A DNA stretch of 64,000 bases. It comes from a virus. Taxonomy: Duplodnaviria; Caudoviricetes. Positions within the stretch are counted from its first letter, which is position 1. Every line of letters begins with the position of its first letter. The notes beneath the pieces were generated by a model. That model was not told the origin of the DNA. It did no database searches and saw only the letters and a list, made by a program, of their open reading frames with translations. Shown one piece after another: positions 41,789 through 51,328 of the stretch. The DNA lies in the IMG/VR virus record IMGVR_UViG_3300021256_000002, positions 1 through 64,000 of that record. The stretch is one strand, 5' to 3'. The position numbers and the translations under genes are program-made.

Positions 41789-42991
41789 TTGGTTATTTTG
41801 AACAAACTTGGTGTTGTTCTCGGAGCATGTGGAATACATGTTTGTATTGGCTCCGTATACGCATGGTCAGTTCTTACAAACCCAATTGCTCAACTTACTG
41901 GATGGGATTTGAGTTCAATTACATTCACTTTCAGTATAGCAATTCTTTTCTTGGGTTTATCAGCTGGCTTCTTAGGAAATAGAGTACAGTGCTGGGGACC
42001 TCAATTGAGTGCGATGTTCTCAGCTGGGTTTTTCGTTATTGGTTTACTTGGTTCATCTGTAGCGATGCATTTTGAATCAATTTGGTTACTGTATTTATTT
42101 TATGGTGTTATTGGGGGTATTGGTCTTGGAATTGGATACATTTCCCCAGTTGCAACTCTACTGAAATGGTTTCCAAACAATCGGGGATTTGCTGGTGGAT
42201 GTGCTGTTATGAGCTTTGGTTTCTCGGCACTTATCGCTGGTCCGCTGATGTCATGGTTGGTTGTCCAAGTTGGAGTTGAAAACACCTTTGTTATAATGGC
42301 AGTAATATATTTCATTATAATGAGATTATCTTCTCTTGGATTGCACAATCCTCCACCAGAGGTTGCAAATGAAACGCTGAAAGTTATCAACGATTCGAAA
42401 CCAAAATATTTGAATATTGATACCAATGCGGCAATGAAAACTCCAGATTTCTGGATTCTGTGGACGATTTTCTTTATCAACATTTCTTGTGGTATTGCAC
42501 TTCTATCAATCGCATCACCGTTGGCTGAAAATGTTGGTATGACTCCATATGAAGCAGCCGGAATGGTTGGGATGATTGGTCTACTGAATGGCGGTGGACG
42601 AATCTTCTGCGCATCAGCAAGCGATTATCTTGGAAGACCAAATACCTATATAGGATTCTTCCTGATTGAAATTATCGCTTTCTGGGTGTTATCATTCACA
42701 TCAAATCCATTCCTTTTCCAAAGCATCATCTTTGTAATTGTTGCTTGTTATGGTGGTGGATTTTCTTGTATGCCAGCATACATATCCGATATATTCGGAA
42801 CTAAATGGTTATCTGCAATACATGGTAGAATCTTAACCGCTTGGGGTGTTGCTGGTATTGTTGGTCCAATGACGATTACTTTGTTATATGAAAAGTTTGG
42901 TACTCATGTAATCTCATTGAGAATTTTTACTCTCCTATTTATTATCAGCCTTGCATTAGCTATCCAGCTGAAAATAAGAAATAAAAAATGA
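41789..42991 (+). CDS. MFS transporter, OFA (oxalate:formate antiporter)-like family
   Basis: About 12 TM helices; CIGSVYAWS, GIGLGIGYISPVATLLKWFPNNRG, YGGGFSCMPAYISDIFG, IHGRILTAW. Confidence 0.9.
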   Translation: MVILNKLGVVLGACGIHVCIGSVYAWSVLTNPIAQLTGWDLSSITFTFSIAILFLGLSAGFLGNRVQCWGPQLSAMFSAGFFVIGLLGSSVAMHFESIWLLYLFYGVIGGIGLGIGYISPVATLLKWFPNNRGFAGGCAVMSFGFSALIAGPLMSWLVVQVGVENTFVIMAVIYFIIMRLSSLGLHNPPPEVANETLKVINDSKPKYLNIDTNAAMKTPDFWILWTIFFINISCGIALLSIASPLAENVGMTPYEAAGMVGMIGLLNGGGRIFCASASDYLGRPNTYIGFFLIEIIAFWVLSFTSNPFLFQSIIFVIVACYGGGFSCMPAYISDIFGTKWLSAIHGRILTAWGVAGIVGPMTITLLYEKFGTHVISLRIFTLLFIISLALAIQLKIRNKK

Positions 42992-43033
42992 AAATAAAAA
43001 TGAAGTTTACCGTAATTGGTAAACTTCATTTTA

Positions 43034-43384
43034 TCAGAATTTCGTATTCTTCCGTGTGATATCAATCATTTCAGATAAAGGTGGTCTGTCATACTTCTCT
43101 CCTTTTTCATGAGCTTCTTTTGTTGCATCCATGTATATATCATGCAAGACTCTAGCTTCGGTACCTTTATTAGCACCCCACCAAGATACAACGTATTGGT
43201 TATAGTGGAGTATCTTAACTCGAAAACCATATTTATTCAATTTATCCATCAGGATATTGTGTGCCCATCTATTCATCGAGTATTTACTCAAAGATACTTT
43301 GACACAGTATTTACCTTGTTCAGCAGCCATTCTGCAAAGAATCAAAATATCATCAAATGCAGTATTATAATCATTCTTTTCCAT
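43034..43384 (-). CDS. Hypothetical protein (single-domain paralogue of 15447/39527 family)
   Basis: AAEQGKY...LNKYGFRV...YVVSW. Confidence 0.65.
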   Translation of the reverse strand: MEKNDYNTAFDDILILCRMAAEQGKYCVKVSLSKYSMNRWAHNILMDKLNKYGFRVKILHYNQYVVSWWGANKGTEARVLHDIYMDATKEAHEKGEKYDRPPLSEMIDITRKNTKF

Positions 43385-43777
43385 ATAATCAACTTCTTTC
43401 GTTAGTATAAATACTAAAGTGTTCTATTCTCAATATTTTAAAAAGAATTTCAAATATATAATATATAAGGGTGAATCAAGAAGATGGTAGGTATTTCTTA
43501 GTTCACGTATCTTCCTAAACGGAATTGACACCCGCATTAGCCAAGCGGACACTCCAATCTTGTCAATTCATCCATTCCAAAAACAACAAAATTCCATATC
43601 TTGTGCTTGTTGCATAAGTGTTAAGAACATGAACAGATAGACCCAAACAACTTAATATCGTATTAGTGCGTCATTCTATGATGCGTTAAGAACATAACAC
43701 CTAAAGAAACAATCGTATCCTACCTGCGATTGTTTCTTTTCTTTTGATGGTTTAAAAATAAACTAATCAATAAAAAG

Positions 43778-44053
43778 GTGAAAGGATATGGTAGTATGAA
43801 TAATAATAGCCCTTTCAAGTTCGTTCCTATTGATATAACAGATTTGATTGCTATAAGTGCGTTGAGTATTGGATTCGTTATGTCTATATGGAATAACATG
43901 TTGGAACTCGCAATGTCATTGGCGACTGGTTTCTTTGGATATATTGGCGGGTATACGTCCGGTACTAGCAAAACCGTTGAACGTAGACCTCCTCAGTTGA
44001 ATGAGTGTGATTTCCCCAAAATCACGTTAAATGAAGAAACTACCAAAAAGTAA
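43778..44053 (+). CDS. Holin-like membrane protein
   Basis: Two hydrophobic segments, ELAMSLATGFFGYIG, directly upstream of endolysin. Confidence 0.6.
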   Translation: MKGYGSMNNNSPFKFVPIDITDLIAISALSIGFVMSIWNNMLELAMSLATGFFGYIGGYTSGTSKTVERRPPQLNECDFPKITLNEETTKK

Positions 44054-44069
44054 GAAAGGAGTGTAGGAA

Positions 44070-44423
44070 ATGGCTAAGTATTTTAGTGCTGAAGAAATGG
44101 CATGTAAATGTTGTGGTAGCCTTGGTGATGGAATAGATGTGCGTCTTCAGAATGTTCTTGATACCATGAGAGAAATGGCTGGATGTCCATTGGTCCTATC
44201 TTGCTGCTACAGATGCCCGTCTCACAATGCTGAAGTTGGTGGCGTTCCCAATAGCCAACACGTACTCGGTACAGCAGCAGATGTACTTGTTCCTGATGGA
44301 ATGACGGTTGATGAACTGGCTAACATCGCTGAAGCTGCAGGTGCCGACGGCATCGGGCGCTATTATAATGCACAGTTTGTACACGTTGACACTCGGGGTT
44401 ATACTGCTCGTTGGGAAGAGTAA
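44070..44423 (+). CDS. Peptidase M15 family endolysin
   Basis: YFSAEEMACKCCG, YRCPSHNAEVGG, SQHVLGTAAD, FVHVDTRG. Confidence 0.9.
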   Translation: MAKYFSAEEMACKCCGSLGDGIDVRLQNVLDTMREMAGCPLVLSCCYRCPSHNAEVGGVPNSQHVLGTAADVLVPDGMTVDELANIAEAAGADGIGRYYNAQFVHVDTRGYTARWEE

Positions 44424-44504
44424 GTGTAGCTAGATGCCAACAAAAGCTATCGTCAAAATCGAATATAAATAGAGTAATGGTTTATCTCAAAACCATTACT
44501 CTAT

Positions 44505-45749
44505 TTATACATCAAACCATGAATCTTGCATTTCATCCTGTTTGATATAAGACGTATTCTTCATAATGTCAGTAGTTAAAATAGCAAATAACTCATCCAT
44601 CGCAGTTAATTGATTATGAGCATCATATATTTTATATCTATCACCTCTCCATGATCTGTATTGATTTATGAAAATGAGAGGATCCAGATCATTCTCAATA
44701 GTCATTTTAGCTAGAGCCTTCATCTTGCGACGTTCTCTAACAATGGAATCATTTGGAATCCCTCTAAAAAGCTTTCCAGTATAAGTCAATGTATATGTAG
44801 TCTTAAGGAAAGTAAACGACTTATGTATTGGAAATATAGAAGTTTTCTTTTTATTTATAAATATTCCTAATGAGTTGGAAATTTGCTCTATTTCATATAA
44901 TAGATCAATCAAGTACTCTTTAGAATGATGGATTACAATTCTATCATCCATATAGGCGTCATAATACTTGATTCTCTTAACCGTCTTACAATAATTATCC
45001 AACCTAAGAGGAAAGAATATTCCTAAAATCTGCGAAACTGGGCTTCCAATACCAACCGATTTATGCATGTACTTTTTACCTGTTAAGATACTTTTAGAAA
45101 GTCTATGATACTCTAATGAATTAAATACTTCATTTATGATATTATCATCGTCAGTATATGAAATATCTACTTTATAATGGTCGAGAATATCTGATACAAT
45201 ACTCAATATCTTATCGTCTGGAATATATTCGCTCAATAATTGTATCATAATATCATGACGTATATTATCAAAATACTTTCTAAAGTCTATTTTAAGAATA
45301 AACCCATCTAAACCATGTTTATTAAAGAACTGGTGCATATGTTGCTCAAAACGGCGTCGAGTAAAAGATATTCCTTTACCTTTTATAGAAGCTCCATTGT
45401 CGTGAATAAAGTATTTTGACAAAATAGGTATCAAAATAAAATTAGTTAGGGTATGCTGAATAAGCATATCCTTCGGTGAAAGAGCTTGAATATACCGTCG
45501 CTTACCACGTTCAGTTAGAATGAAATCATGACCTTTTTCCATAACGTAGTGCGAATCTGAATGAAATAATTCATATATCTCATTATAGACACTGAGTTTG
45601 TTCAACCATAAACGCTGAGTAGATGCTTTCCATCCACTAGCCTGCATAATCTTATTCATTGATATATCTAAATTATTGGGATCAGTTAGTATTTCAACCA
45701 ACGGAACACCATTTAATTTCATAACTCTCATACAATCACACTCTTTCAT
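44505..45749 (-). CDS. DGR reverse transcriptase
   Basis: DNGASIKGKG, LKIDFRKYFDNIRH, GIGSPVSQ (DGR-type SQ motif), YMDD; directly downstream of TR. Confidence 0.93.
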   Translation of the reverse strand: MKECDCMRVMKLNGVPLVEILTDPNNLDISMNKIMQASGWKASTQRLWLNKLSVYNEIYELFHSDSHYVMEKGHDFILTERGKRRYIQALSPKDMLIQHTLTNFILIPILSKYFIHDNGASIKGKGISFTRRRFEQHMHQFFNKHGLDGFILKIDFRKYFDNIRHDIMIQLLSEYIPDDKILSIVSDILDHYKVDISYTDDDNIINEVFNSLEYHRLSKSILTGKKYMHKSVGIGSPVSQILGIFFPLRLDNYCKTVKRIKYYDAYMDDRIVIHHSKEYLIDLLYEIEQISNSLGIFINKKKTSIFPIHKSFTFLKTTYTLTYTGKLFRGIPNDSIVRERRKMKALAKMTIENDLDPLIFINQYRSWRGDRYKIYDAHNQLTAMDELFAILTTDIMKNTSYIKQDEMQDSWFDV

Positions 45750-45896
45750 TTTACGGTAGAAAAATATACCGCTTATAGAAACAATATCCGTAGATAGTCT
45801 CGTCGGTATATAAATTTATCCCATACTAATTGCTTAGTATAAGAGCGGAATTAATCTCATTTCTATAACCATATATCCTTTTCGACACAATCGTTA

Positions 45897-46016
45897 GAAA
45901 TAAGGGCGGACACGACCGCTGGAGTTGGAAGCGTTGTTGTTGTTGGCATTACCGTTGTTGTTCGCATTGGCGAAGTTAGTCGAATTAGTGACCGAACGAA
46001 GCCAGCACCAACCAGC
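45897..46016 (-). repeat. DGR template repeat (TR), 120 bp
   Basis: Ungapped match to 46772-46891; AAC/AAT codon-rich; all 17 differences at TR adenines. Confidence 0.96.
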
Positions 46017-46029
46017 CGCAATGTTCAGA

Positions 46030-46596
46030 TTAACCCCTTACATTAGTGTTTGCTTTATTTTTCTTAATAGCAGCACGTATAGTATTTCTAACACCATTTA
46101 GCAGTATTATTTCTTCATCGATTATATTACACATTTTTACAAAATTTTTCAATTTACCTTTACAAATATCATCGATGACAGAATACTCTCTTTTGATTGT
46201 GTATAAAACAGATATAGCTTTATTAGTCATTATTAACCGACTAGAATGTTCAACTTCCACTGTTGCCCATGTAGTATAAACAAAGCATACTGCGTCATTG
46301 AAATCTGCAAGTAATTGATAGAATCTACGACGAATATATGACCTAAAATGTTTAGGATACACCAGCTGAGCTTTATATGGTTTATCAACATTGGATTCAT
46401 TTATAACTTTTTCAAGCTCTTCAATTTTAGCTTTCGTTTCTTCATCAGAGCATTTCTTAATCAACATCAAGTCTTTAACATGTTTTTTAGTACCAAAGTC
46501 TTTAAGAATTTCATACATGAGTAAGCGATGTATCATAACCGCTTTCTTCATATATTCAACAGTTGCGGTTTTTCTATATCGTTTTAGTACTCCCAT
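46030..46596 (-). CDS. avd: DGR accessory protein (Avd-like)
   Basis: Basic helical 188 aa protein positioned between target and TR. Confidence 0.7.
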   Translation of the reverse strand: MGVLKRYRKTATVEYMKKAVMIHRLLMYEILKDFGTKKHVKDLMLIKKCSDEETKAKIEELEKVINESNVDKPYKAQLVYPKHFRSYIRRRFYQLLADFNDAVCFVYTTWATVEVEHSSRLIMTNKAISVLYTIKREYSVIDDICKGKLKNFVKMCNIIDEEIILLNGVRNTIRAAIKKNKANTNVRG

Positions 46597-46645
46597 ATTA
46601 AATTGCCTCGCTTTTTATCTTTCTATTTCTGTAATAGCGTATTAA

Positions 46646-46690
46646 TTTTTATGGCGCGCGAGAAACTATAACACTCGCGCGCCATAAAAA
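46646..46690. terminator. GC-rich hairpin/terminator between target gene and avd
   Basis: TTTTTATGGCGCGCGAG...CTCGCGCGCCATAAAAA. Confidence 0.7.
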
Positions 46691-46716
46691 ACATCAATTT
46701 ATTATTTTCTTTGCGT

Positions 46717-46755
46717 GGTCGATTTTTGCGAGACACAGCTCGCTGCAAATCGACC
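46717..46755. promoter_or_regulatory. Hairpin just downstream of VR (candidate DGR target-recognition cruciform)
   Basis: GGTCGATTT..GCGAG-ACACAG-CTCGC..AAATCGACC immediately after target stop. Confidence 0.6.
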
Positions 46756-46759
46756 CAAA

Positions 46760-47908
46760 TTAGGTCAAAAGGAAATAAGGGCGGACACGACCGCTGGAGT
46801 CGGAAGCGTTGGCGGCGCTGGCACGACCGGCGCCGCTCGCACTGGCGAAGTCAGCCGAATCAGTGACCGAACGAAGCCAGCACCAACCAGCTCGACTAAA
46901 GGACAGTGATTTATTATGCCTCATTGCAGCCACCTGAGTATTACAATCCCCGATATCAAAACCAGAGCTACCCCAGCATTTAGATCCATATACCATGTTT
47001 TCGTTAAACAGATTTACCAACACCGGGACCCATTCCCAATTACTAGAAGCACCGGTCCATCCAGAATAACCACTAGAAGCAACGTCTGATTTAGCATTAG
47101 TCAGCAGTTCTTTATGGTTAAGTACATGGGCAGACCCAAATGCCGCCTGAATAGCTGCTGCATATTTAGGTATAGTATTATTCCACATTTCACTACCTTT
47201 ATATCCACCAGTGGTATCGTTGGTAGGATTCATTCTAGCAGCGCCGAGTACACCTTCAGGGAACATCAATACATGATGAATAGTTGTTTCGGCATCACCA
47301 CGATGTAAATGGTAATCCAGATCACCAACTATCCATTTCACGTTATATGTAGTGCCGTCTACCGTAATTGCTTTGGTGATATAATCACCAGGATAGATAT
47401 TCTTAAAGGTACCGGTTGCAATAGCAGTACTCATTGCACCACTATTGAAATAATCAGTCAGGTCACACCCACGATATAATGCATTATGAGCACCAGCGTT
47501 ATCCAAATGACCTAAGTAAAAAGCTTTTGTTTGATCTGACCCAGCGGGGAGATTAATTTTACTTAAATCGCCCCACTGTAGAATGAGGCCACCGAATAAC
47601 TGACCAAAACAAATATAACCATTCGTAGTGATGGAGTAACGTACGCCAAGTGCTGCCAGAGTCTCCTCTCCGATAGCAGAGACGACATTTGAAGCAAAAC
47701 TTTGTATATCCCCAGTTGAATGTTGATGCGTTGCAGCTGCAGATTCGATAGCCGCGCGTGCCTCAGCAGTTGTCGCAGATTTCAAAAGGGTTGTAATGAT
47801 TGATGCAAGTGCATTTTGTCCGGAAGATTTCAACTGATCAACGTCAGTTTCCGGATGAATGATATTTCCCGTGGATTTTTGTTTCCACGTAGCATTTACT
47901 GTTGCCAT
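46760..47908 (-). CDS. DGR target: tail fibre/receptor-binding protein with CLec-like variable C-terminus
   Basis: N-terminal 112 aa end in GYICFGQLFGGLILQW; C-terminal WCWLRS...GRVRPYF contains VR. Confidence 0.9.
   Translation of the reverse strand: MATVNATWKQKSTGNIIHPETDVDQLKSSGQNALASIITTLLKSATTAEARAAIESAAATHQHSTGDIQSFASNVVSAIGEETLAALGVRYSITTNGYICFGQLFGGLILQWGDLSKINLPAGSDQTKAFYLGHLDNAGAHNALYRGCDLTDYFNSGAMSTAIATGTFKNIYPGDYITKAITVDGTTYNVKWIVGDLDYHLHRGDAETTIHHVLMFPEGVLGAARMNPTNDTTGGYKGSEMWNNTIPKYAAAIQAAFGSAHVLNHKELLTNAKSDVASSGYSGWTGASSNWEWVPVLVNLFNENMVYGSKCWGSSGFDIGDCNTQVAAMRHNKSLSFSRAGWCWLRSVTDSADFASASGAGRASAANASDSSGRVRPYFLLT
46772..46891 (-). repeat. DGR variable repeat (VR)
   Basis: 3' end of target; 13 A>G and 4 A>C changes relative to TR. 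Confidence 0.96.
47573..47579 (-). repeat. ACAGTGG junction in expressed tail-fibre gene (candidate crossover site)
   Basis: ATTCTACAGTGGG identical (13 bp) to 54152-54164; ACAGTGG core begins six cassettes on + strand. Confidence 0.7.
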
Positions 47909-48031
47909 TTAACGTCATTCCTTTCTATTAGATGAAAGACAATTCATCTGTGTTTTGTTATATTCGTATTACTATTCTGTTTGAATTTTAATTTCGAGCA
48001 GAAAATCCAGCACGATGTGCTGGATTCCTAT

Positions 48032-48448
48032 TCAACTTTCAAGCGCTGAGGTTGCAATGCTTGGGTCTACGATATATGGAAGTTCAAGATACTTATTAAC
48101 ACCGTTTCCTACCTTAATACCATGGTTATCAGACTCTATAGCAAATTGCCCAGCTGCCACAATCGGGTTGTCGACAGCCAGCTCCTGAGCAGTTTTGAAG
48201 TATGGGGCTTTAGCCTTACGATTGATACAATCTACCAGCCGTTCAATTACCTCAGTGAGAGTTGTTACTCCAGAGGTACAAATGGTCGCAACTTCGTCAG
48301 CTGTCTGAGTACGATTCTCGATAGTCTTCTCCATCGTTACATCTCCAGACCCGCTGGTAAAACAAAGTTTGATATATTGGTCTCTGTCTTGGTCTAATTT
48401 ATAATGCGGTTCAACGTGAATCACAATTTCTTCAGCCACTAGACTCAC
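48032..48448 (-). CDS. Tail-fibre-associated protein with Mtd_N/hyaluronidase N-terminal-like domain
   Basis: NPIVAAGQFAIESDNHGIKVGNGVNKYLELPY. Confidence 0.75.
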   Translation of the reverse strand: MSLVAEEIVIHVEPHYKLDQDRDQYIKLCFTSGSGDVTMEKTIENRTQTADEVATICTSGVTTLTEVIERLVDCINRKAKAPYFKTAQELAVDNPIVAAGQFAIESDNHGIKVGNGVNKYLELPYIVDPSIATSALES

Positions 48449-48548
48449 CTACCTTCAAAAGCATATTTGTTATTAATACTGTCCATATAAACGGACAAAC
48501 TTGTAACTAAATAACAAGTAAATTTCAAAGAAAGGGCGTGAAATCCCT

Positions 48549-49058
48549 ATGGCTAAGATAGGCGCACTTCATCGAGTCACGAATTCGAGTGGTGGACATG
48601 TTGAGATGTATCCAATCACCTCAGTGTCTGCCATTCCTGATTTTGAAATAACCGTAGCCGCCAGACTTGCTGCTAATACAATATTCAAAACCGCTGCTCA
48701 ATGGTCAAGTGCTGGTTCAACTGTACTTCGGAATGGTCAGTTTGGGTATGAGACAGATACAAAATATGCGAAGATTGGTGATGGAAGTACTACATATGCA
48801 AATCTGCCATATGTGAAATCTCCTGTCAACCCCGACAATATTATTCGGAAAACCGCAGCTGCATGGGTTACTGCCGGTTCAACGGTACTTCTGGCTGGTC
48901 AGATTGGATATGAAACTGACAGCCATTACATGAAGATTGGTGATGGAACTACAACATATGCAAATCTGTCATATGTGATGACTCCGACTACGACAGTAGA
49001 ATTGAAGAGTGGTAACACAACGACTACGAATGATACCATCACTCTCACAATTTCATGA
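48549..49058 (+). CDS. Protein with two tandem Mtd_N/hyaluronidase N-terminal-like domains
   Basis: TAAxW...VLxxGQxGYETD...KIGDGxTTYANLxY twice. Confidence 0.8.
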   Translation: MAKIGALHRVTNSSGGHVEMYPITSVSAIPDFEITVAARLAANTIFKTAAQWSSAGSTVLRNGQFGYETDTKYAKIGDGSTTYANLPYVKSPVNPDNIIRKTAAAWVTAGSTVLLAGQIGYETDSHYMKIGDGTTTYANLSYVMTPTTTVELKSGNTTTTNDTITLTIS

Positions 49059-49096
49059 CAAAAAATCCAGAAGCTCATGCTTCTGGATTATTTCTT

Positions 49097-49606
49097 TTAG
49101 AATCTGATATCAACCAATGCAAGCATTGCACCAGCACAATCTGCGGCGAAATCTCCACCATCCCATTTGTTGTCAACCCATTTCTCCTTACCTGCTCCAA
49201 TTGCAACGGTTGTTGTGTATGCCCAGAATTTGTTCATTCCAAAGTTTCTTTGGAGTTGGTCACAAATGATATACGATACACCAAAATGAGCAACTCTATC
49301 CACACCAACCTTATTCTGAAGGTCATGCCAATTATGACTTCCTACATATACTGCACCGACAGCAAGCGCTGCAATACCGACACCCATGAGAGCTTTCTGT
49401 TTATCCTGCTTGAATTGAACATTTATCTCCTCAGATGCCTTATCAAGTTCAGGTTGAGTCGGTGTGTTCTGCTGAGCATACTGAATTGCAATCTGAGGAT
49501 TTTCCTTAGTATTTTCAGCAGCATAGCAAGACGCGTATCCAACAAACAGCATGAGCACTACGAGTACCAGTATACGAAGAAGTCTTTCACTCAAAGGAGT
49601 TTTCAT
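49097..49606 (-). CDS. Exported membrane protein, VanZ/YfiM-like (paralogue of 40143-40397)
   Basis: Signal peptide; DRVAHF...GAGKE...DFAADCAG. Confidence 0.7.
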   Translation of the reverse strand: MKTPLSERLLRILVLVVLMLFVGYASCYAAENTKENPQIAIQYAQQNTPTQPELDKASEEINVQFKQDKQKALMGVGIAALAVGAVYVGSHNWHDLQNKVGVDRVAHFGVSYIICDQLQRNFGMNKFWAYTTTVAIGAGKEKWVDNKWDGGDFAADCAGAMLALVDIRF

Positions 49607-49982
49607 ATATATTCACCTTCCTTTCATATGATTTTACTTATTAGTATATACAAATTCGTTACAAAGAGCCGAGTCTACCCCCATAGACTCGGCTCAATGA
49701 TATGGAAATGTTTCCTGTTCGATTATGGAGTTATCCGTCCAATCGAAGTCCCCAATTATTTGTTGTACACATATTATTTTTTATGAGCGCCAACAAATCA
49801 TTGTAGAAGTTGGTATGTCTCCGGCGTGTTTCAAGTTCATAGCCTTAACTGCTCCGACTACCAAGTTGATCAAGTTGCAGCGATTGCAGGCAGTTATTGT
49901 AATTACCAGCTTCTTACACTTGCTCATAAGAAATTAGAACTGGATGTTGATTCCAGTTCTAATTTTGCCCAGTATATCTAGG

Positions 49983-50285
49983 ACTATACAGTGGAGGCAA
50001 TGCGACTGTACTACAGTACCTATAACAGATGGCAGTGTAATATCAGTTAGGTGGGCTACAGCTGGCAGTATATTTAAAGTACCGTATATTATAAATCATA
50101 CTTTTGGTGCATTATTTAAAACGGTAACCAGTCCTACTTATATATATGGTAGAAATACTGGTAATGCTGATATAAGATTATGTGAGGATAGTATGGGAAC
50201 CCAATATTGGTCAGCGGCTGTATATGAGCGTCCAGGAGAAGATGGCCCAGGATTCCGTATGAACTGGATAAGTATTGGCCGCTGA
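49983..50285 (+). other. Silent tail-fibre C-terminal cassette 1
   Basis: Starts TIQW at ACAGTGG (49988), ends MNWISIGR*; no RBS. Confidence 0.75.
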
Positions 50286-50464
50286 TTTCCCAAACAAAAT
50301 CTCAGATATATATTATATTCTAGCTAAGTTGATAAAGCTTAGCTAGAATATCTTTCACGTGTAATGAAGGAGGCGTTGAGTTTAAATTACACGTAAACAA
50401 TTATATGGGCAAGAAAGATAAAGCCCAGAATACTTATGGTAACCTTAGGAGGTAACGTAGAATC

Positions 50465-50869
50465 ATGTTTAAGGTAAAAAGAGCAATTTGTTCATTAGCA
50501 GCTAGTATCGCATTATTCAGCGTTGTACCAAACAATTGCAATGCTGAATATATCACGGCATTTGAAGAGATTAAATACGAGAAGTACGTGGTTGATACTG
50601 ACTCGTTCTTCTATCCGAATGAGAAGGATAAGAATAGTCAGTTCAATTGTATCGTATGGAAGTATACCAGTGCGGAAGACAAAGGAAGCCCATTTGCTTT
50701 CAAGTTCAAGTTCGAAAACAACAAATGGTATATCCATGAACGGAACAAGAAGAATGAGCTTGAATGGGTTGGTGTAGACCCGACTTCCATTGCAGCTGGA
50801 GTACTCAGAGTAGCGCTTCCGTATATCGGTCATAGCGCTTTGGATAGAAAAGAAAAAGCCGAATCGTAA
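50465..50869 (+). CDS. Secreted protein with signal peptide
   Basis: RBS AGGAGG, hydrophobic N-terminus, early motif upstream. Confidence 0.75.
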   Translation: MFKVKRAICSLAASIALFSVVPNNCNAEYITAFEEIKYEKYVVDTDSFFYPNEKDKNSQFNCIVWKYTSAEDKGSPFAFKFKFENNKWYIHERNKKNELEWVGVDPTSIAAGVLRVALPYIGHSALDRKEKAES

Positions 50870-50995
50870 TTTATTTAATATAAAAAATTGGGGAAACACA
50901 TGGATTCAATTTCCATGTGCTTTCTTTTGTACCCGTAAATATTTATGAGTCCATCTACTGCTAAGTAACCTAATACGAAAGAAGGAATTTTAATT

Positions 50996-51328
50996 ATGAA
51001 AGTAAACTTTAAATTTGGCTTAGCCTGTATTCAAGATTTAACAGCTCTTAGATTTAGCGTAGGTCCATCAGTAAGAGATTTTAATGGTACGGTATCAAAT
51101 AAATATACCGTAACAGCTTTTATGAGTTCTGGTCCTACCGTTATAAGAGAAACGGTTGTACCTGAAATGTCCAATCTGACAACGATACGTTTAAAGCTCA
51201 GCTACGTTGTTGATGATATCAATCGCAGATTCTCTTGTACAGAAGTGGCTGGATATAATGGATGTACTGTCGTACTAGACGATAATCTCAATTACTACGT
51301 GGATGGCGAACTTAAGAGAAGAGGATAA
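50996..51328 (+). CDS. Hypothetical protein
   Basis: 110 aa ORF coupled to next. Confidence 0.65.
   Translation: MKVNFKFGLACIQDLTALRFSVGPSVRDFNGTVSNKYTVTAFMSSGPTVIRETVVPEMSNLTTIRLKLSYVVDDINRRFSCTEVAGYNGCTVVLDDNLNYYVDGELKRRG

Noticed and set aside
44505-45749. RT as group II intron, retron or Abi RT
   Set aside because: Adjacent TR/VR with adenine-specific differences, the avd-like gene and the SQ motif identify it as a DGR RT
46257-46263. Extra ACAGTGG on the minus strand inside avd
   Set aside because: Not in Q-W frame and not after a stop; a chance occurrence of a 7-mer
48686-48978. Direct repeat in 48549-49058 as a second TR/VR pair
   Set aside because: Differences are not adenine-specific; it is a tandem domain duplication
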